Positions 1 through 11,046 of a DNA stretch of 64,000 nt are shown one piece after another. The stretch lies in assembly GCA_020891255.1 (NCBI GenBank), contig BQFW01000007.1, forward strand, positions 2,728,001 through 2,792,000. The letters are read 5' to 3'. The notes below the pieces were generated by a model, which was not told the DNA's origin, did no database searches, and was given only the letters and a program-made list of their open reading frames with translations. The stretch comes from Entomortierella parvispora E1425 (lineage: Eukaryota; Fungi; Mortierellomycota). The translations under genes and the position numbers were made by a program. Numbering within the stretch: position 1 is the stretch's first letter; every line of letters starts with the position of its first letter.

Positions 1-4
1 CTTC

Positions 5-1228
5 ATGTCTGACGTTCTTCAACGCTATTTGGAGAAGCTGCACATCAAACACAAGGCTACGTCTGCTTACCATCCAAGGTCGAATGGAAAGTGTGAGCGT
101 CTCAATGGTGTTATCGGACACATGTTGAGCAAGTATGTGGGTACACACGTCCACAGCTGGGATCAGTACCTGCACCAGAGTCTGTTCGCTTGTCGCGTAC
201 ACATCTCTCAGCGAACCAAGGTCAGCCCATTTCAACTTGTTTATGGACTTGAACCCCGTTTGCCGCAAGATCCAGTACGCCCATTCTTGTTTGATTTTCA
301 AGATCAAGACGATTTTGCAGAACATCGTCGCAAGACTTTTCGAGAAATCGACGCCCTCCGAGAAAAGCACCTGCAGGCCCAGCAGACCGCCGCAGATGAT
401 ATGGCCGCACACCATGAAGAGACACACACGGTCACCGATCATAAGTTCGCAGTTGGTGATTTTGTCCTGGTCAAGAACTTCGGCCGTACGAAGCTTCAAC
501 CCCATTTTTATGGCCCGTTGGAAGTGATCCGTATTACGCCCTTGTCGACTTATCAGCTCCGCTGGGGAGATGGTGAGTTGAAGACGGACTTAGTACACCA
601 AGACCGTCTTAAGCGTGCTTATCCGCCAGATGAAGCATCTGCACGCCGTGCTTGGGTCACTAAGACAAAGCACACCATGGAGCAAGCCAACGACAACTCT
701 GACGATGGTCTTCCAATTGAAAGCCGCACTGAGGAGGAACAGCGCGTGGAGGAGGCCCTCGCTCTTAGAACCGCCAATGAAGATTACCTTGCCCGTCGCG
801 ATCAACTTGGCACTTACGAACCGCCTATGATGGGTTCCGCCGCTGAAGCTGCCCGCGTGTACAGACAGGCACTTGCTGCTTCTGCCCCGAAGCCTCGTCG
901 CCGTGGCCAACGTACTCGCGAACCCAGAGTCAATCAGTTGCAGGCAGGCCGAGGACGGCCTGAAGCCTGTGGGGGGAGTGTCGTGAATCAGACTGCTTTT
1001 ATCCCCGCCAGCTCCGCGTCTGATCACATGACTTACGATCACCTGACCGCCGACACGCCTGATGTTGTTGCGCGCCCTCATTGCACTTGTGCCGCGCGTC
1101 ATCGTCGTTGTCGACTACCCTCAATCGTGTATACTCACGAACGGAGCATTTCATGTTTCTCCGACATTAACCTACCAACCGTTGCCAATCAAAAGCTTGT
1201 CTCCACGCCGGTCGACCAAGCTCTTTGA
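5..1228 (+). CDS. Ty3/Gypsy Pol C-terminus (integrase rve core end plus GPY/F domain); 5' partial
   Basis: TSAYHPRSNGKCERLNG is the typical retroviral integrase motif with the catalytic E. FAVGDFVLV...FYGPLEV...VHQDRLK is the GPY/F module. No chromodomain recognised. The frame stays open about 250 nt into the LTR. Confidence 0.9.
   Translation: MSDVLQRYLEKLHIKHKATSAYHPRSNGKCERLNGVIGHMLSKYVGTHVHSWDQYLHQSLFACRVHISQRTKVSPFQLVYGLEPRLPQDPVRPFLFDFQDQDDFAEHRRKTFREIDALREKHLQAQQTAADDMAAHHEETHTVTDHKFAVGDFVLVKNFGRTKLQPHFYGPLEVIRITPLSTYQLRWGDGELKTDLVHQDRLKRAYPPDEASARRAWVTKTKHTMEQANDNSDDGLPIESRTEEEQRVEEALALRTANEDYLARRDQLGTYEPPMMGSAAEAARVYRQALAASAPKPRRRGQRTREPRVNQLQAGRGRPEACGGSVVNQTAFIPASSASDHMTYDHLTADTPDVVARPHCTCAARHRRCRLPSIVYTHERSISCFSDINLPTVANQKLVSTPVDQAL
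971..978 (+). other. Polypurine tract (plus-strand primer) of the retrotransposon
   Basis: GGGGGGAG directly abuts the TG that starts the LTR at 979. Confidence 0.85.
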
Positions 1229-1478
1229 AACCTCGGACGTTAGGGCCCCTATTCCAGAATAGTCATAAGCCCTTCACTATTTATTTCCATAGTGTCAGCA
1301 GTATAGTCTCACTTCACTACCTTCAGTATATAAGTAGCTCTGTATCGAGACTTAGAACGGCATCCTTTCTTTGCCCTTCCATCTCGATTACAGTCAAGGT
1401 AGCTGACTGTGGTGCCCAGTGTAGAAGAACACGCTCGACACACCCTAAGGATCAGTCGTGATACCGAGAGTCACGACA
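979..1478 (+). repeat. 3' LTR, 500 bp
   Basis: Begins TG and ends CA, with perfect 8-bp terminal inverted repeats TGTCGTGA (979-986) and TCACGACA (1471-1478). TATATAA at 1327-1333. Candidate target-site copy ATTTG at 1479-1483 cannot be verified because the 5' LTR is outside the window. Confidence 0.88.
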
Positions 1479-2858
1479 ATTTGGAGAATATTTGGTTTTT
1501 TATGAATCAGAAAAATATTGTGTACGTGACTCTCTATGTACGTAATTTTATGATCACGTGATATATATTCATTGGTTTTGGTGGCAAATCGACGCGCGTG
1601 AATGCAAATGTCAACCAGCAACGTCCCCAAGGGCGCTTCAACTCTGTACATTAGCAAGATCCTGCAGCCTATGTATCTTGAGGGGAGGTCTTGACTTTTA
1701 ATGTGCTGCACTGGTATACCAGGCCGTGCATCAGGAAGTCGTCCCTCTATTGCTGTTCGATCGAACCTGAATCGATCGCGTATCTTCATTACTTCTCTCC
1801 ATTGTCAGTTCTTCGGACCTACTTTTACACCGATCAATATATAAAACATATAGTATTCTATTCCCTGTAGTCAATGCACACATTAACTCCGATTGATCTC
1901 ACCACCTCCACTATCGAACTGAACTACGGAACATGGTCCCTTTCTCAATGCAAAAAAAACCTTTTCCTACATCAGCTCCGCGCGCTCGAGATTCCAGACC
2001 AGTTTTTGAAAAGTTTGTTTGTTTGAATACACGATTGAGCCTAACAGTGATCTCGTTGGTCTTGTTCACTTCGGAAAAGCAAAGAAAAAAGAATACAGCC
2101 CGCTGCATGGGTTGGCCAAGCTTCGGAGAAGTAGAGTACGCGATCGATTGTGCAGAAAACCAGATCTGCGATGCACCCCCTTAAAAGAAAACAACCTCCC
2201 TCAGAAAGACCACCCTCGGATTCATTCGAAATGCTGACCTTGACACTCGGGTTGGAAGATAGAGCGCTGGATGGGGCGATCCCACTATTGGCAGGCTCTA
2301 GGGAAGTGGGAAGGACAGGAGAGAAGGCATCTTTGATACAGCAAGCAATGATCAGATGAGTTTGTTGACAGTGGAGGCCAGTAACCATGGGTTTTCATCT
2401 GCTGACCAATGATTCACAAGAAGATCTTGCAGCAGTGCAAAAAAAAAAAAAAAAAAAAAAAACGCAAAAAAAACGCTTGGATCTGCTGGATCGGGTGAGA
2501 AAAAAAAACAAGAACAGAGAGACGCAGCATGCGGTGCCTTGCCTTCCAAATCGGGAGCGGTTCAACAAGGGATGGACGAAAGGTGACCCTGGGCCGTTGC
2601 CACTGGGATGCTTATTAAAAGTTGGTTCCTGGACAAGGCTGTGTGTCACATTGCCGCAAACGCACGAGCTGGAGAACGAGTTGGCCCACTTTTAGCTCTG
2701 TTTCGCCCTGTTGTGCCCTGTTGTGCCCTGTTGTGCTCCGCATTGCATCAACATGGTCTGGGACTCAAAACACAGATCCCTCATTTGGACCATCCTCGTC
2801 CTCTCCCGTGCCATCTTTTCACCATTTTTCAGACCGCGACCGCACCCGCGCGTTTTTG

Positions 2859-2904
2859 TTATCAGATCCTGCAATGTAAAAAAAAAAAAAAAAAAATCAG
2901 ATAA
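2859..2904. promoter_or_regulatory. Pair of ATCWGATAA GATA motifs (SreA/Sre1/Fep1-type iron-repression consensus) upstream of the ferric reductase
   Basis: TTATCAGAT at 2859-2867 (ATCTGATAA on the minus strand) and ATCAGATAA at 2896-2904, about 730-780 bp upstream of the ATG at 3635. Confidence 0.6.
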
Positions 2905-3634
2905 AGTCGGATTCAATGACACAGGCCACTGCTTTTGGTCTGCTTTACGCCCACCATGCTCCTGTTCTTTTTCGATCTCAGTCTTCTTGACTAGATTTCA
3001 CAGATTGGCACACGCAACTTTACCGGGAACAGCCTTACTTATTGGCTTTCAAATTTCAATCCCTCTCAAATGGAGAAAACCTGGAGAATCCCCGCGCCGC
3101 GTGGCAGTAGAATTGAAAGTACATGTAGATTTTCTAGCCCTTCGGGCCTTCGGCAAAGCCAGCGAATTAATAGAAAGCAAAGAGTCGAATGAATATCCAT
3201 GACTAGACCATTGAATATGATTCCTCTCATTCCTCAGGCACTGGTCGGTTCAGATATGTACTGTTTGTAGGGTACAAGGACGCACCTTCTCTCTTTTGGA
3301 GGGCCAGCTCCCGGGCTGATCACCCCGATCCACAGTGCATCTGTGTGGCAAACAAGATATTGGTCAATAGCTCGAATAAAAGCACTGCACTGTCCCGCGC
3401 TTGGGCGAGACAAGTTGCTCAGCTTGCTTCCATCGTACAACCACGGAGAAGAAGTACGGGCTACCAAAAAAAAAAAATCGTGGATTTGTTATAAAAGCTG
3501 GCCCCTTCATCCTTCTTTTTTCTGCAGCGGCCAACTCTCCCAAAAGGTCGATATCCACTTCCCCCACGCTCTTTTTTTGTCCTGTTGCTCCCCTCTTCCT
3601 CCTCCTCTTTTTTCTCCCACAGTACCACGTGAAG

Positions 3635-6336
3635 ATGCAGGGCTACACAATCGTCTCCCTGTTGGGGATGCTGCTTGTTCTGGCTTTCTGGCTTGGCGAC
3701 TACAACATGCTTTGGAATACCAAAGCTATAGTAGCCACTGTCTATGAGGTTGGACTCCGTGATTACTACTTCTGGGGCCTTTGCATCGCCCCTTCCATCC
3801 TCAGCCACTTTGTTACCGTCTGGGGCCATTACTTCCGCGCCGACTCGGTCTTCCAACAGAGCGTCAGTCGCGTCTCCTGGCCCGCCACTCTGTCAGCCGA
3901 GGCAAGAAAGGCTAAACGGTTGAACCAAATCTCTATCTGGGAGAAGCACGACCCTTGGTGGGGCTACACTGTCAAGTACTGGCTCCTTGCATTCATTGCC
4001 ACTGTTGTGAACCTGGTCTGGTTCCTTCAACCAGTCGCCTACAATATTAAGAAGGCCTTGGATAAAGGAGATGAATCAGCGTTGGTCATTTGGGGATGTA
4101 AGTTTTTCTATCGAGCAGATCTTTGGTCCCTTTACTCTTTTTTTTCGTGTTGCTTACCAACGCTTCCCATACTCCGTAACATCAACAACAGCCTATATTG
4201 GCTTCGGCAGTGGTTACGCCGCAATGGGTGCCTGCGGTATGATCCTCTTCTTGGTCCTTCGTCGGTCCATGCTCCATGCCATTGGCTTTACCTATGCAGA
4301 TCTCCTGCCTCTCCATCGTGGAATGGGTCTCGCCATTATCTTTTGGTCTGTCGTTCATACAAGTAAGTGGTTCATTTCAAGTTCGTACCCATTGTAAAGA
4401 TCCACTTGTCCTCATCTAACGCAAAGTATTGGTTCCTAGTTGGATATATGATCGAGATCATCGGAGAGGGAGCGTTGGCCGAGGAGATCAACTTTGACGG
4501 CACCACTCGAGGACCACAAAATATTTTTGGCTTTGTTGCCCTGGTAAGACCATCCTCACTGGACTTTCAAAACACGCACGCACGTTATCCTCGCTAACTG
4601 GTGTCGTCTCTCACGTCCTTCCTCTCAGTTTGCCCTCTGTGCTCTGGGAATCCTTTCGCTCCCCTATGTCCGCCGCCGGTTCTATAACTTTTTTATTTGG
4701 TCCCATCGCTACCTGACTTTCTTCACCTTTGCAGGCACGCTCATGCACTATCCTTACTTCATGACCTGGTACTACGTTGTTCCCTCAATGTGTCTCTTCC
4801 TTGCAGACCGATTTATTCCAAAAATCGTGCAGGCATTCTCGGTCGCGCCAGACGTGATTTGCTCCTATGACAGCAGCTCCGACATTCTGACTGTGGTGGT
4901 CACATCCAAAAATCGCCTCGAGCCTTTGAAGCCCTACTACCCTGGTGACTATGTCAATCTTCAGGTTCGATCGATCGGCGAGATCTACCACCCCTTCACC
5001 ATTGCCTCTTACTGGGCCGAGGACCCCTACTCGATGACGATCTATCTTAGAACTTTTGGCGACAACAAGGATAGTTGGACCCATGCTGTAGCAGGACTCT
5101 GTGAAAAGGGCAGCGGGCCCACTGTAGTTCAGATGAATGTTGATGGCGTATTTGGAGACCGCCTTCATGACTATCTTTGCTCGGATGTGATGGTGATCTT
5201 TGCTGGTAAGCGTCTTGCAATTGGAATCCATTGTTGGCTTCATAGCCGTGTTCGAGATCTGGGCTGCTAACTATTTTTTTTTGTATCGTTCCACTTTTCA
5301 TCAAGCGGGTGCTGCCCTCACAACTTTCATGCCCTTGATCAAATCTGTTGCTGCTCATATTGACGTCGTCCAGTCTTCTACCTCAGAGCTACAAAACACG
5401 ATCAAGGTCCACCTGATCTGCACGTTCCGCTACGAGAGTGAGCTTTATTCCTATGGCGGTTTCCTGCACCAGATCACGCACGACCCCCGCTTCACCTCCT
5501 GGTTGAAGACCGACATTCATGTCTCCCGTCCCAACAAGATCCATTCTCGCGACTCTGTGGCCGCTTCCCACGCCGACTCGCACACTGAGGTGGCCTCCCA
5601 GCTTTCCCCCCCGATCGAGGTCCTGTCATCAGATACCCACGACCGAAAGATCCCCCACAGGGCCACAGCTGTCCCTAGCAACAACAAGGGCCTTTATGAT
5701 GACCGAGCGTTGCCAACTTTTCTCAATGCCAATTCAGCCTCAGTGTCGACGCTCCATGCCACGCGCGATCTTGCCCTGACAGCAGTCATGCTTTTGATTC
5801 CTTTGGCCTTGTTTATCGGCCTTCGCTTCGTGAGCTTGGAAGGCAACTGGGAGCCTTATGGATGGTATTGGTGCCGGACCACAGAGATTTACGATCAAAA
5901 CATGACCAACAAGTGCATGTGGAACTACACCATGACCCCTGGTACTCTGCAGATCGTCCTGGCTTCCATCATTGGCTATGGCCTCATCTATTTTGCCCGC
6001 CGATCAACCCGCAAGGCCGCGTCAGTAGCACGTTTAGAAGCAGACGGTGTGGATGACCAGGTAGCTAACCTTAAGTCTGTGCTCGCGAACCAACAGATAT
6101 TGGCCGATGGCAGCATTCAATTCAAGCCCGTGCGCCTGGATATTGCATTGGCTATCGAGGACTTGATCACCAATGAGAATGTGGGGGTCGTGTCCACCAC
6201 AAACGAGGGCAAGAAGGCCGACAAGACCACTGTTGTCTTTGTCGGTGGCCCTGACAATTTCTTGGACTCGGTCGAGACTCTGTCCAAGAAGGCCTCCTGG
6301 TCCGTAGAGTTCCATCGCGAGACATGGTCACCCTAG
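3635..6336 (+). CDS. Ferric/cupric reductase (FRE/NOX superfamily), ~781 aa; join(3635..4097,4192..4362,4440..4543,4629..5205,5306..6336)
   Basis: Two His-x13-His heme-ligand helices (LHRGMGLAIIFWSVVH, SHRYLTFFTFAGTLMH), FAD motif HPFTIAS, VDGVFG, NAD(P)H-binding FAAGAALTTFMP and C-terminal FHRETW. The five exons total 2346 nt in frame. The last intron uses an AAG acceptor after a CTAAC branch site. Confidence 0.9.
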
Positions 6337-6550
6337 ATACCTTTTCCCCTTTGTAGCATCACCAAGCACTTTTGCATTTATCCTGATAATCAGGATAAAA
6401 TATATAATTTATTCAATATACACTAACTATTCCATATTTATTTATACGAGGTCTCAGGATCACGTGATAATAGTGAAGAATTGAATGGTTCAAAAAGATC
6501 TGAGAAAATTTATTTTCATCGAGCTTTCATCCAATAGGATCTCAGCTTCT

Positions 6551-6631
6551 GTCAACATGGCCGAGCGGTTAAGGCGTGAGACTAGAAATCTCATGGGTTC
6601 TCCCGCGCAGGTTCAAATCCTGCTGTTGACG
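6551..6631 (+). tRNA. tRNA-Ser, anticodon AGA, no intron
   Basis: Acceptor stem GTCAACA/TGTTGAC, anticodon arm TGAGA-CT-AGA-AA-TCTCA, long variable arm GGG-TTCT-CCC, T-arm GCAGG-TTCAAAT-CCTGC, and a downstream T-run as Pol III terminator. Confidence 0.97.
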
Positions 6632-7509
6632 CGATATCTTTTTTGCACTTTTTTTGCACCGTGGAAAATGGGCTTTTTACTCTACTCTACTCCGTGAACT
6701 ACGAAATGCGACTCTTCTAACCCCCTCGTACATTTTTTGGTCTTGCTTGCCTCTAGCCTCCTCTACAGGTGTCCTGCTTGAATTGATTGTTCTTGAGGAC
6801 AAATGAAGACAAGAAGGGAAGCAATAGTCAATTGAACAGCACTTGGTGAGAGGAAAACAAAACGAAAGGCACAACACACTCAATTCATTTTTTTTTTTTA
6901 CAGCTTGGCATCCTCCTAAACCCCTGCAGTCGGCTTTGAATTGTGGTATAGCGCCGGCCTCACTACAACGGTACAGGAGTTGCTCATTCTCGGCTAATTA
7001 GGGCATGGAAGGAAGAAGCTGAAAAAAATGAGATTGGAGCTAGCTTTGGGGGACATTATTTGGGGGCGGAGGGGATCAACAAAAAATCACCTCTAAGGGC
7101 TGATCCACAGAATAAACCCTCACTTGGGCACACCGCTGCACTGGCAAAGCGCGATGCGACTACTGCACCAAGTAGGGCTACAATGGATCTCATGGTGGGT
7201 TCTGGTGGTGGTGTGAGATGAGTGATGTGAGGCAGTAGGCTGGCTGTCGTGGCGATTGATAAATTGAAGAGAAGATGAGATGGAATGTAAGAGTTAAAAT
7301 ATGGCCATGGAAGGCAGACTTGGACTTTTTACATAGAGAACACCATAGAGGGAAGGGGCTGGATGTCCCGGCATCAATGACAGTAAAAAAAGTCCCTGCC
7401 AACTTGCTAACCTGACTAGCAGTGAACCGCCAGAGCAGTAATCCCAGGTAATTTGCTGGTTCTTTTTTTTATATTTATTTATCGTCTGGCCCGTTCAACT
7501 GATCATTGG

Positions 7510-9174
7510 TCAATGCTCACAAAGGCTGAATGGCCGTTCAAAGAGTTCTGCATTCGTGGTGTCGACAAAGAACTTTCGTTCCTTCATTAGGTCCAGTCGA
7601 TGATTTTTAGCCTCAGCCATCGACATTGGCCAATCCATTTGCTCCTCGACCTGCTCTACTAGTTCCGCCGGAAGCCTCTTTTCCACCTCGTCCACGAAGC
7701 CTCCTCCCATGATCCAGTCCTTTTGCTGAGGAGGGACCTCACTCGTGGACAGGATCGACTGTTGAGGATTGATCAAGAAAAAGACTAAAATTTGTCTCGT
7801 GCCGGGCCTTGTTTTGTCCTCTAGCTCGAACGGTTGCACCTGATGTTGGTAAATATTGGGGAAGGCAATGCATCGATCCTGCTTGGTGATGATACCATCC
7901 AAATTCTGGACAAGAGGGCCCCCATCCGTTAGACCGTACATGGCCTCACATCCACGAACGTCCGATTGTTCGTAGTCTGGTTCCTCAACAGCAATCCTAA
8001 AGTTCAGTCGGGTCTCTGTCACGTTCTCGGAATGGTAGTAATAGATGCCCGTTGCCACAATGTCCTCGTTCGCCATGCCTTCCACGTGCCAGGCACCGCC
8101 CTCGTACCGTGGGTTCTCGGGCGTCAGCTCAATGTTGGCCAATTTCACAATAACCTGCAGCGGCTGTAAATCGACCGCTTTCAGATCATAAGGTTCCACG
8201 ACTGGAGGAGCAACAAACTCGGGAACGGAAACGGGTTTGGGTGTACGGATTCTGCACCATTCATCCTCGGCATCATAGCTTGCTTCATCTCGTTCAGAAT
8301 AGGGTACTTTGAAGGCCTCTGGGATTTCGTACCAGTCATAGGGGTCGGCCGTCAATCTCCGCTTCTTTCTCGAGATGACTCGCATCTCTGCCAAGACCTC
8401 TCCAAACATGGGCATGAAGTACTCGAGGATCTCTTCCAGGACTGGGTACAGGGCCTTGTGCTCGATCGGGTGCAGGTTGTTGATGTAGGACTCAAACGCA
8501 CATCGACCGTTCTGGAAATAGTGAACGTCGGTTGGGAGCCATTGGTACTTTCTGGAAGAGTAGCTTTTCACGTTTGAATCAAAATACTGTTCCTCCTCGT
8601 TGTTGAGCTTCTCCAAAACCGTTCCCCTGCCGATCCATTCAAAAGGCGAGGCCATGGAGGGCATCTCTTCGGCGACTCGAGTCCGGCCAGCGATGACCGG
8701 AAAGAGCGAAGGATGCACCAGATCAAGGACCTGCTTGTTCGAATTCGGATGCCAGTCCTTTTGATGTTCAGGCACGTTGATCAGCTTGGCTACACAGGTC
8801 ATCAGCTCCTCTTTTAGGCTTGGAGGGATCAATCCGTCGGCTCTTCGGGTTCCATCGATGGCCATCTCGATCGGGATCGAGATCCCTTTATCCAATTGTT
8901 GCTGACGAAGACCTGCGTACCATTCCAGCTCCTGAAAGATGAACCGGATCTGTGGTTCTGTCAGCAAGTTGCCTGATTCTAGGATCTCTTGTTTCCACCG
9001 GGCTGCGATGACTGGATTCTTGTATTTGGTCCACCACTGATCTTTTTCTCGGATGGCGTTGGAGACGGCTCGCATGCACAGCTCCGGGAGTAAGGTGACG
9101 GGGAATCCGCATGTGTATTCCTCCCCCGTCCAGGGATGGGGCAACTTGGGTGCTGAAGATCTGAATCGTACCAT
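7510..9174 (-). CDS. DUF4246-family protein (putative Fe(II)/2OG-dioxygenase-like fold), ~554 aa, single exon
   Basis: Motifs WHPNSNKQVLDLVHPSLFP, YQWLPTDV, YINNLHP, WHVEGMANEDIVATGIYYY and FPNIYQHQVQPF are characteristic of this fungal family. Start placed at ATG 9174 (MVRFRSS); the ORF-track extension upstream is low complexity. Confidence 0.8.
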   Translation of the reverse strand: MVRFRSSAPKLPHPWTGEEYTCGFPVTLLPELCMRAVSNAIREKDQWWTKYKNPVIAARWKQEILESGNLLTEPQIRFIFQELEWYAGLRQQQLDKGISIPIEMAIDGTRRADGLIPPSLKEELMTCVAKLINVPEHQKDWHPNSNKQVLDLVHPSLFPVIAGRTRVAEEMPSMASPFEWIGRGTVLEKLNNEEEQYFDSNVKSYSSRKYQWLPTDVHYFQNGRCAFESYINNLHPIEHKALYPVLEEILEYFMPMFGEVLAEMRVISRKKRRLTADPYDWYEIPEAFKVPYSERDEASYDAEDEWCRIRTPKPVSVPEFVAPPVVEPYDLKAVDLQPLQVIVKLANIELTPENPRYEGGAWHVEGMANEDIVATGIYYYHSENVTETRLNFRIAVEEPDYEQSDVRGCEAMYGLTDGGPLVQNLDGIITKQDRCIAFPNIYQHQVQPFELEDKTRPGTRQILVFFLINPQQSILSTSEVPPQQKDWIMGGGFVDEVEKRLPAELVEQVEEQMDWPMSMAEAKNHRLDLMKERKFFVDTTNAELFERPFSLCEH

Positions 9175-11005
9175 GGTGATTTTTGATGTCCGGTGTCTGC
9201 GGAAACTGATAAATGGAGGAAATGAGGGTACTAAAGAAAATAAAAAAAGGAGGGAAGAAAGAAAGAAAGAAAGAAAAAAAGCGGCGGCAATCAACCTATT
9301 TGAGAGAAAAAATGAGAGCCTGCTTTTTTTCATGGGTCTTACCAAGTTTGAGAGGGTGGTGGCAAATTCCAGAAGATACGCGCCACGACTTGCCACCAGT
9401 GGCAAAGGCTGTGTCAGTGGAAGATAACTCCCCAAAAGTAGATCTAAGGATTTGCAGGCTCTCTCTTCCCCCCCCCCCCCCCGCGAGGACAAGCATTACC
9501 GGCCACTGCAGAATGTACCTCCATCACTCGAGAACTAGTTTCGTGTCGCTCACCTCATCTATCTTTGCGCCAACATCATCCATCCATCATCTTTGGGTCG
9601 CCGCATTGTTTCTCCGCGCCTGCATTCAATCACTTGTTGTCGCTCAGTTTCTCAGTTTCTACACTACCATCCATTGGAGGCGAACTGACGTAGTACCATT
9701 GATCAATTGCAACGATCAATGTCTCGTTATCCTTTGACGCTTCCTCTTTCCCTCAACAGAGATGCCACACAGGGCTGGGTCAAGGCCGAGCCACTATAAA
9801 AACAAGGGGTAGATCGTCTCTACCCACATCCTCATTCATAGTTCTAAAAAAATAGCCAGGTTACCTAAACCCCATACCAAATGAAACGGGAGCAGCTACA
9901 GCTAGAATGATCCCGGATGGTTTTTATTGAGTTTCCACCTCTCGAAACCTCCCAACGCACGAAAAGAAAAACAGTTAATGATACAGCCGCAATCAGCTAT
10001 TCGCCAGCTGTCCAAATGCAGCATACTCGTCAACTCGAGTTTTTTTTTATTATTTTTAGAAATTGTATGCCTCCACAAAATGGCGACCAGTGATACTTGC
10101 CAACCAGTCGACATATACCTTGAAGTATGCTCGGCTACTGGAGAAGCAATTGCTATTAGGATGAACGAAATCGTGTTCAAAAGACTTGGCAAGAGGTAGT
10201 CGATGAATAGAACAGAACAGAGGCTTGTCAAAACATCAGAAGTTGGAATGTGGGCCTTTGATATAAGAAGTGAGGGACAGATCGAAACTGCTGCTAAAGA
10301 TCGTACATAGAGCATTAGGGAGAAAGAAGAGAATAAAGATGGCCTTGTGCTCATTCGTTGTTTTCTGGGTGAGAAAGAGGGAGGTTGGTTGCAGAAGCTT
10401 AGCTGATCACCCAGTCTCCCAATGCGATCGATTGGGTCTAGTTCATTCGGGTCGCCGGTAGCGATGCCGTCGTCTTTCGTTTCAAGATGGGTCGAAGGGA
10501 TGTGCAGAGTAGAATGGAAGATCAACAATGATCTGTCCACAGGAGAGAAAAAAAAGCGACGCGTCCAGGCCTCCGACCTTCAGGGCAAACAACTGTTCTT
10601 TCCCTGCCTCTCTTTTCTTCCCTTCGCGTCCCTCTCCATAAATTAAGCTCATGATGTGTTTTCCCCTGCTTTTTGTTTGTGTAGCATCCTCCGCGAAACG
10701 AATGGACGCACACGAACCAAAGCGGACCCTTTCATGGCCACAACAACGACCATCTGCCAATCTCCGTACATGTGTGCGTTATTTCAAGTGAAGACAACGT
10801 TCAAGAGCAACACAACGATAAGTGGGCGCAAAGACAGCAAGCTGGCGTTTTTAGGGTTGCTCTCTCTGTTTCTGCTTCTGTCTTTTTTTTTTATCTCTAA
10901 TCTTGCCCGTCTTCATCCGTAGGGCCTAGATCATGTCCTGCGCCTAGAACATGCCCTAACCGTGGCTCACCATGTCCACACAACAGTACGCACAAACTGT
11001 TCCTT

Positions 11006-11007
<2 letters not shown>

Positions 11008-11045
<38 letters not shown>

Positions 11046-11046
11046 G
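11008..11046. repeat. (TTG)13 microsatellite
   Basis: Perfect trinucleotide run read directly from the sequence. Confidence 0.95.

Larger units (their letters stand above)
1..1478 (+). mobile_element. 3' part of a Ty3/Gypsy LTR retrotransposon, truncated by the window start
   Basis: Integrase core end and GPY/F module in ORF 5..1228. Polypurine tract GGGGGGAG at 971-978 is immediately followed by an LTR bounded by TGTCGTGA...TCACGACA. Confidence 0.93.

Noticed and set aside
9175-9492. N-terminal extension of the DUF4246 ORF
   Set aside because: It depends on a non-ATG start and translates a pyrimidine-rich leader (FFLSFFLSS). ATG 9174 is more plausible.
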